A stretch of DNA of 63,899 nt, counting the filler, from Craspedostauros australis (lineage: Eukaryota), in the NCBI GenBank assembly GCA_030167865.1. It is 18 parts of 18 records of this genome, joined end to end, with 100 filler letters (N's around TTAATTAATTAA, not from the genome) between each part and the next. Parts side by side here need not be neighbours in the genome. Positions count along the whole stretch, not along the records: positions 61,790 to 63,899 come from JALAGF010001713.1; 17 more parts are not named here. The stretch is one strand, 5' to 3'. The translations under genes and the position numbers were made by a program. The number at the start of each line of letters is the position of its first letter. Positions within the stretch are counted from its first letter, which is position 1. Positions 61,790 to 63,899 of the stretch are shown here, one piece after another. The notes beneath the pieces are model-generated. The model saw only the letters and a list, made by a program, of their open reading frames with translations. It was not told the DNA's origin and did not search any database.

Positions 61790-63899
61790 TCCGTTGAGCA
61801 TGGAGCGGATCTTGGTGTAGAGGTACGCGAACTTGCGTTCTACTCTGCCGTTCTGTTGCGGCGTGTTTGATGCTGTGAATTCGAATTTCACGTTGAGTCC
61901 TGCATCGATGAGAATATCCTGCGTGGATTTGTTCTCTCCGCTGTTGTCACCTCGGAAGNNNNNNNNNNNNNNNNNNNNNNNNNNNNNNNNNNNNNNNNNN
62001 NNNNNNNNNNNNNNNNNNNNNNNNNNNNNNNNNNNNNNNNNNAAGAAACTCCAGCAGTGATCCGTGCAGTCGTCCACGATCAGGGTCCAGTAGCGTTTAT
62101 CTCCGAAGCTTATGTGTTTAGTGTAACTAATATCAATGAAGAGCCGTTCGCTGCGGCGAGTTGCTCTCGGAATGGTTGCCTTCGGAATGTTCTTCACTCT
62201 TGCGTTCGCGACTGCGCAGTCGCGACATACCGGCATCTCGCCGATAATCTTCCATCCGTATTGGGCGGCTGTCCGCTTCATGGTTTCGAGTGGCGCGTGG
62301 CCGAGCATTCGATGCAAGTTCACCGCGCTGATCTCCTTGGATGGATTCTTGATGAAGGCTGTGCAAGCCTTGTCGTCGTCCAATGGCATGATGGGATGCA
62401 TCTGCACTCCCGTGATGAATCCGTTGGCTGTGGGGAAGACTCGGTCGAATACGATCTTCGTTCCGGATCCGTTGATGATATCCATCAGAATGCCGTTGTT
62501 ACCAAGCTGGTAACCGTTGTACAGAGCCTTGTTTGTTGAGAAAAGGTTCACTGCCATTTTCGGTGTGTACTTCACATCATCGAGCCGAATGATGTGGCCA
62601 GTGTTGTCTCGTTGCTTGACCTGCAAGCGAATGGATCCCATTTTGGGAGAGTCCAGTTTCGTGCTGTCTCCCACTTGGACGAAGGACTCGATGTGCCGCA
62701 CGTTGAAGAGAGCGGCGTCTGAATTGACGATGTGACACGAGGCTCCACTGTCGGCGAGCCAAGTATTCTTGTTGACCTTGTCCTTGTGCTTGGTGTTTAG
62801 CTCGTGGAGCTGCTCCACGGCTGCCGCAGCTATCTCGTCGTCAAAGCTGCTGTCGTCGTCGTCTTCGTGAACTCCATCTTCGTTGTATGGATTGTGATCT
62901 TCGTCGTCGTCCATGTTGTTGGGTAGTTGTGCGTAGTCCAATGGAATCGTGTTGCTTCGATGTGATCCTGTGGCTGGATCGTATGGGTGGACGCGTGATC
63001 GCTCTCGCAAGAGCACACGCATACATCCTCCAAGGATGTAATGCAGATCCGTCTCTGGGATCGTCTCTGTCTCGTTCGCTTCGAGTATGCGGTTGATGAC
63101 GACCGAATTGGCGAGAATCTCTTCGATTGATTCGAAGTTCCCGGATAGGATTGATCCCATCATGTTCACCCATATCGGTCTGAGCACTCCTTGTACGTGC
63201 CCTGGGAAGAGTTTCGTTCCTGCTTCCATTACGGCATCGAAGATGAGTTGCTTCTGGATCACCAATGCTGTTGCTGTTGCATTTGGGATGATGTTGTGAC
63301 GGAGGAGGTAGTCGGCGCTGTTGGGATCCTCAATATCTGGGAAGTCGATATTCGCTGGATAGACGACGCGCTCGTTTGGGTTGAAGCTGTCGTTCGGATG
63401 ATTGTCGTCTTCGGATTCGTCGCTGTCATCTTCATCAAAGATGCCCGATCTGTTGTTCCCCGCCGCTGGAGGAGGCGGCGCCGCGCCGCGGTTCCCCTCG
63501 TCGTCTTCATCTACGCCGTTCTCGTTGGTGTCATCGTCGTCATCGCTCATGGCCTCTTCGATGTCGCTATCGTTGGCCTCGTCGTCCATCTCAGCTTCGT
63601 CGCCGTATGAACCGATCAGGTCGTGCGCGTTGAAGCAGCATTCGTAGCTCACTTCGCGTCTTGGATCCACCTCGTGGATGATTGGCTCCTCGCTGAGCCA
63701 CTCTGGGACGATCTCATCGTCCTGTACTTCGTCGTCACTTCCGACGCACTCGAAGTTATCGAAGAAGGAGTCTTCGATGTAGTCGTCGGACACCAACATG
63801 CAGAGCGACATGTCTTTCGCCGAGAGTACCATCTCGTGCCCGCTCTTGTCGTGTCCTTCCGTAGCCGCGTTGGCTTGTTCGTTGTTCTTTTTGCTTTCG
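61790..63899 (-). mobile_element. pol: Ty1/Copia polyprotein fragment: gag tail, long acidic insertion, protease, GAG-pre-integrase and integrase core
   Basis: Motifs WLADSGASCH, LHRMLGH..CRDC, RLFIDI, IVDDCTD, RGDNSGE and TPQQNGRVER. The contig edge translates ESKKNNEQANAA, similar to the family A gag end EKKKADEQA. Confidence 0.92.

Overview
Eukaryotic nuclear DNA, most likely a pennate diatom (inferred from bipartite plastid presequences, diatom-type Copia/CoDi retrotransposons, a silaffin-like protein and GT-AG introns). The window is not one locus. It is 18 contigs joined by 17 artificial 100-nt spacers (about N44-TTAATTAATTAA-N44), and three neighbouring contig pairs overlap each other in opposite orientation, so adjacency across spacers is not evidence of synteny. 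The long contig (17448-40470) carries ordinary genes: mitochondrial uL22, a plastid DUF4336 protein, a plastid GNAT, a CPA2 cation/H+ antiporter, a low-complexity orphan and a plastid sigma-70 factor. The other, shorter contigs are largely repeat-derived: pieces of at least two Ty1/Copia families, a tyrosine-recombinase element, LTR ends, two ankyrin proteins, two STAND-like ATPase fragments, an LRR receptor-like gene, two tandem SRPBCC-like genes, a Cys/Met PLP enzyme and a secreted Gly/Lys-rich silaffin-like protein. The most interesting signals are: (1) an ankyrin gene whose 102-nt repeats have a near-invariant framework but vary at the DARPin binding positions; (2) a Copia polyprotein with about 350 extra residues, including a folded-looking domain, between gag and protease; (3) an in-frame UGA-C stop between gag and pol, suggesting readthrough; (4) an LRR gene with similar surface variability and a nonsense codon, next to a CpG-decayed LTR relic.
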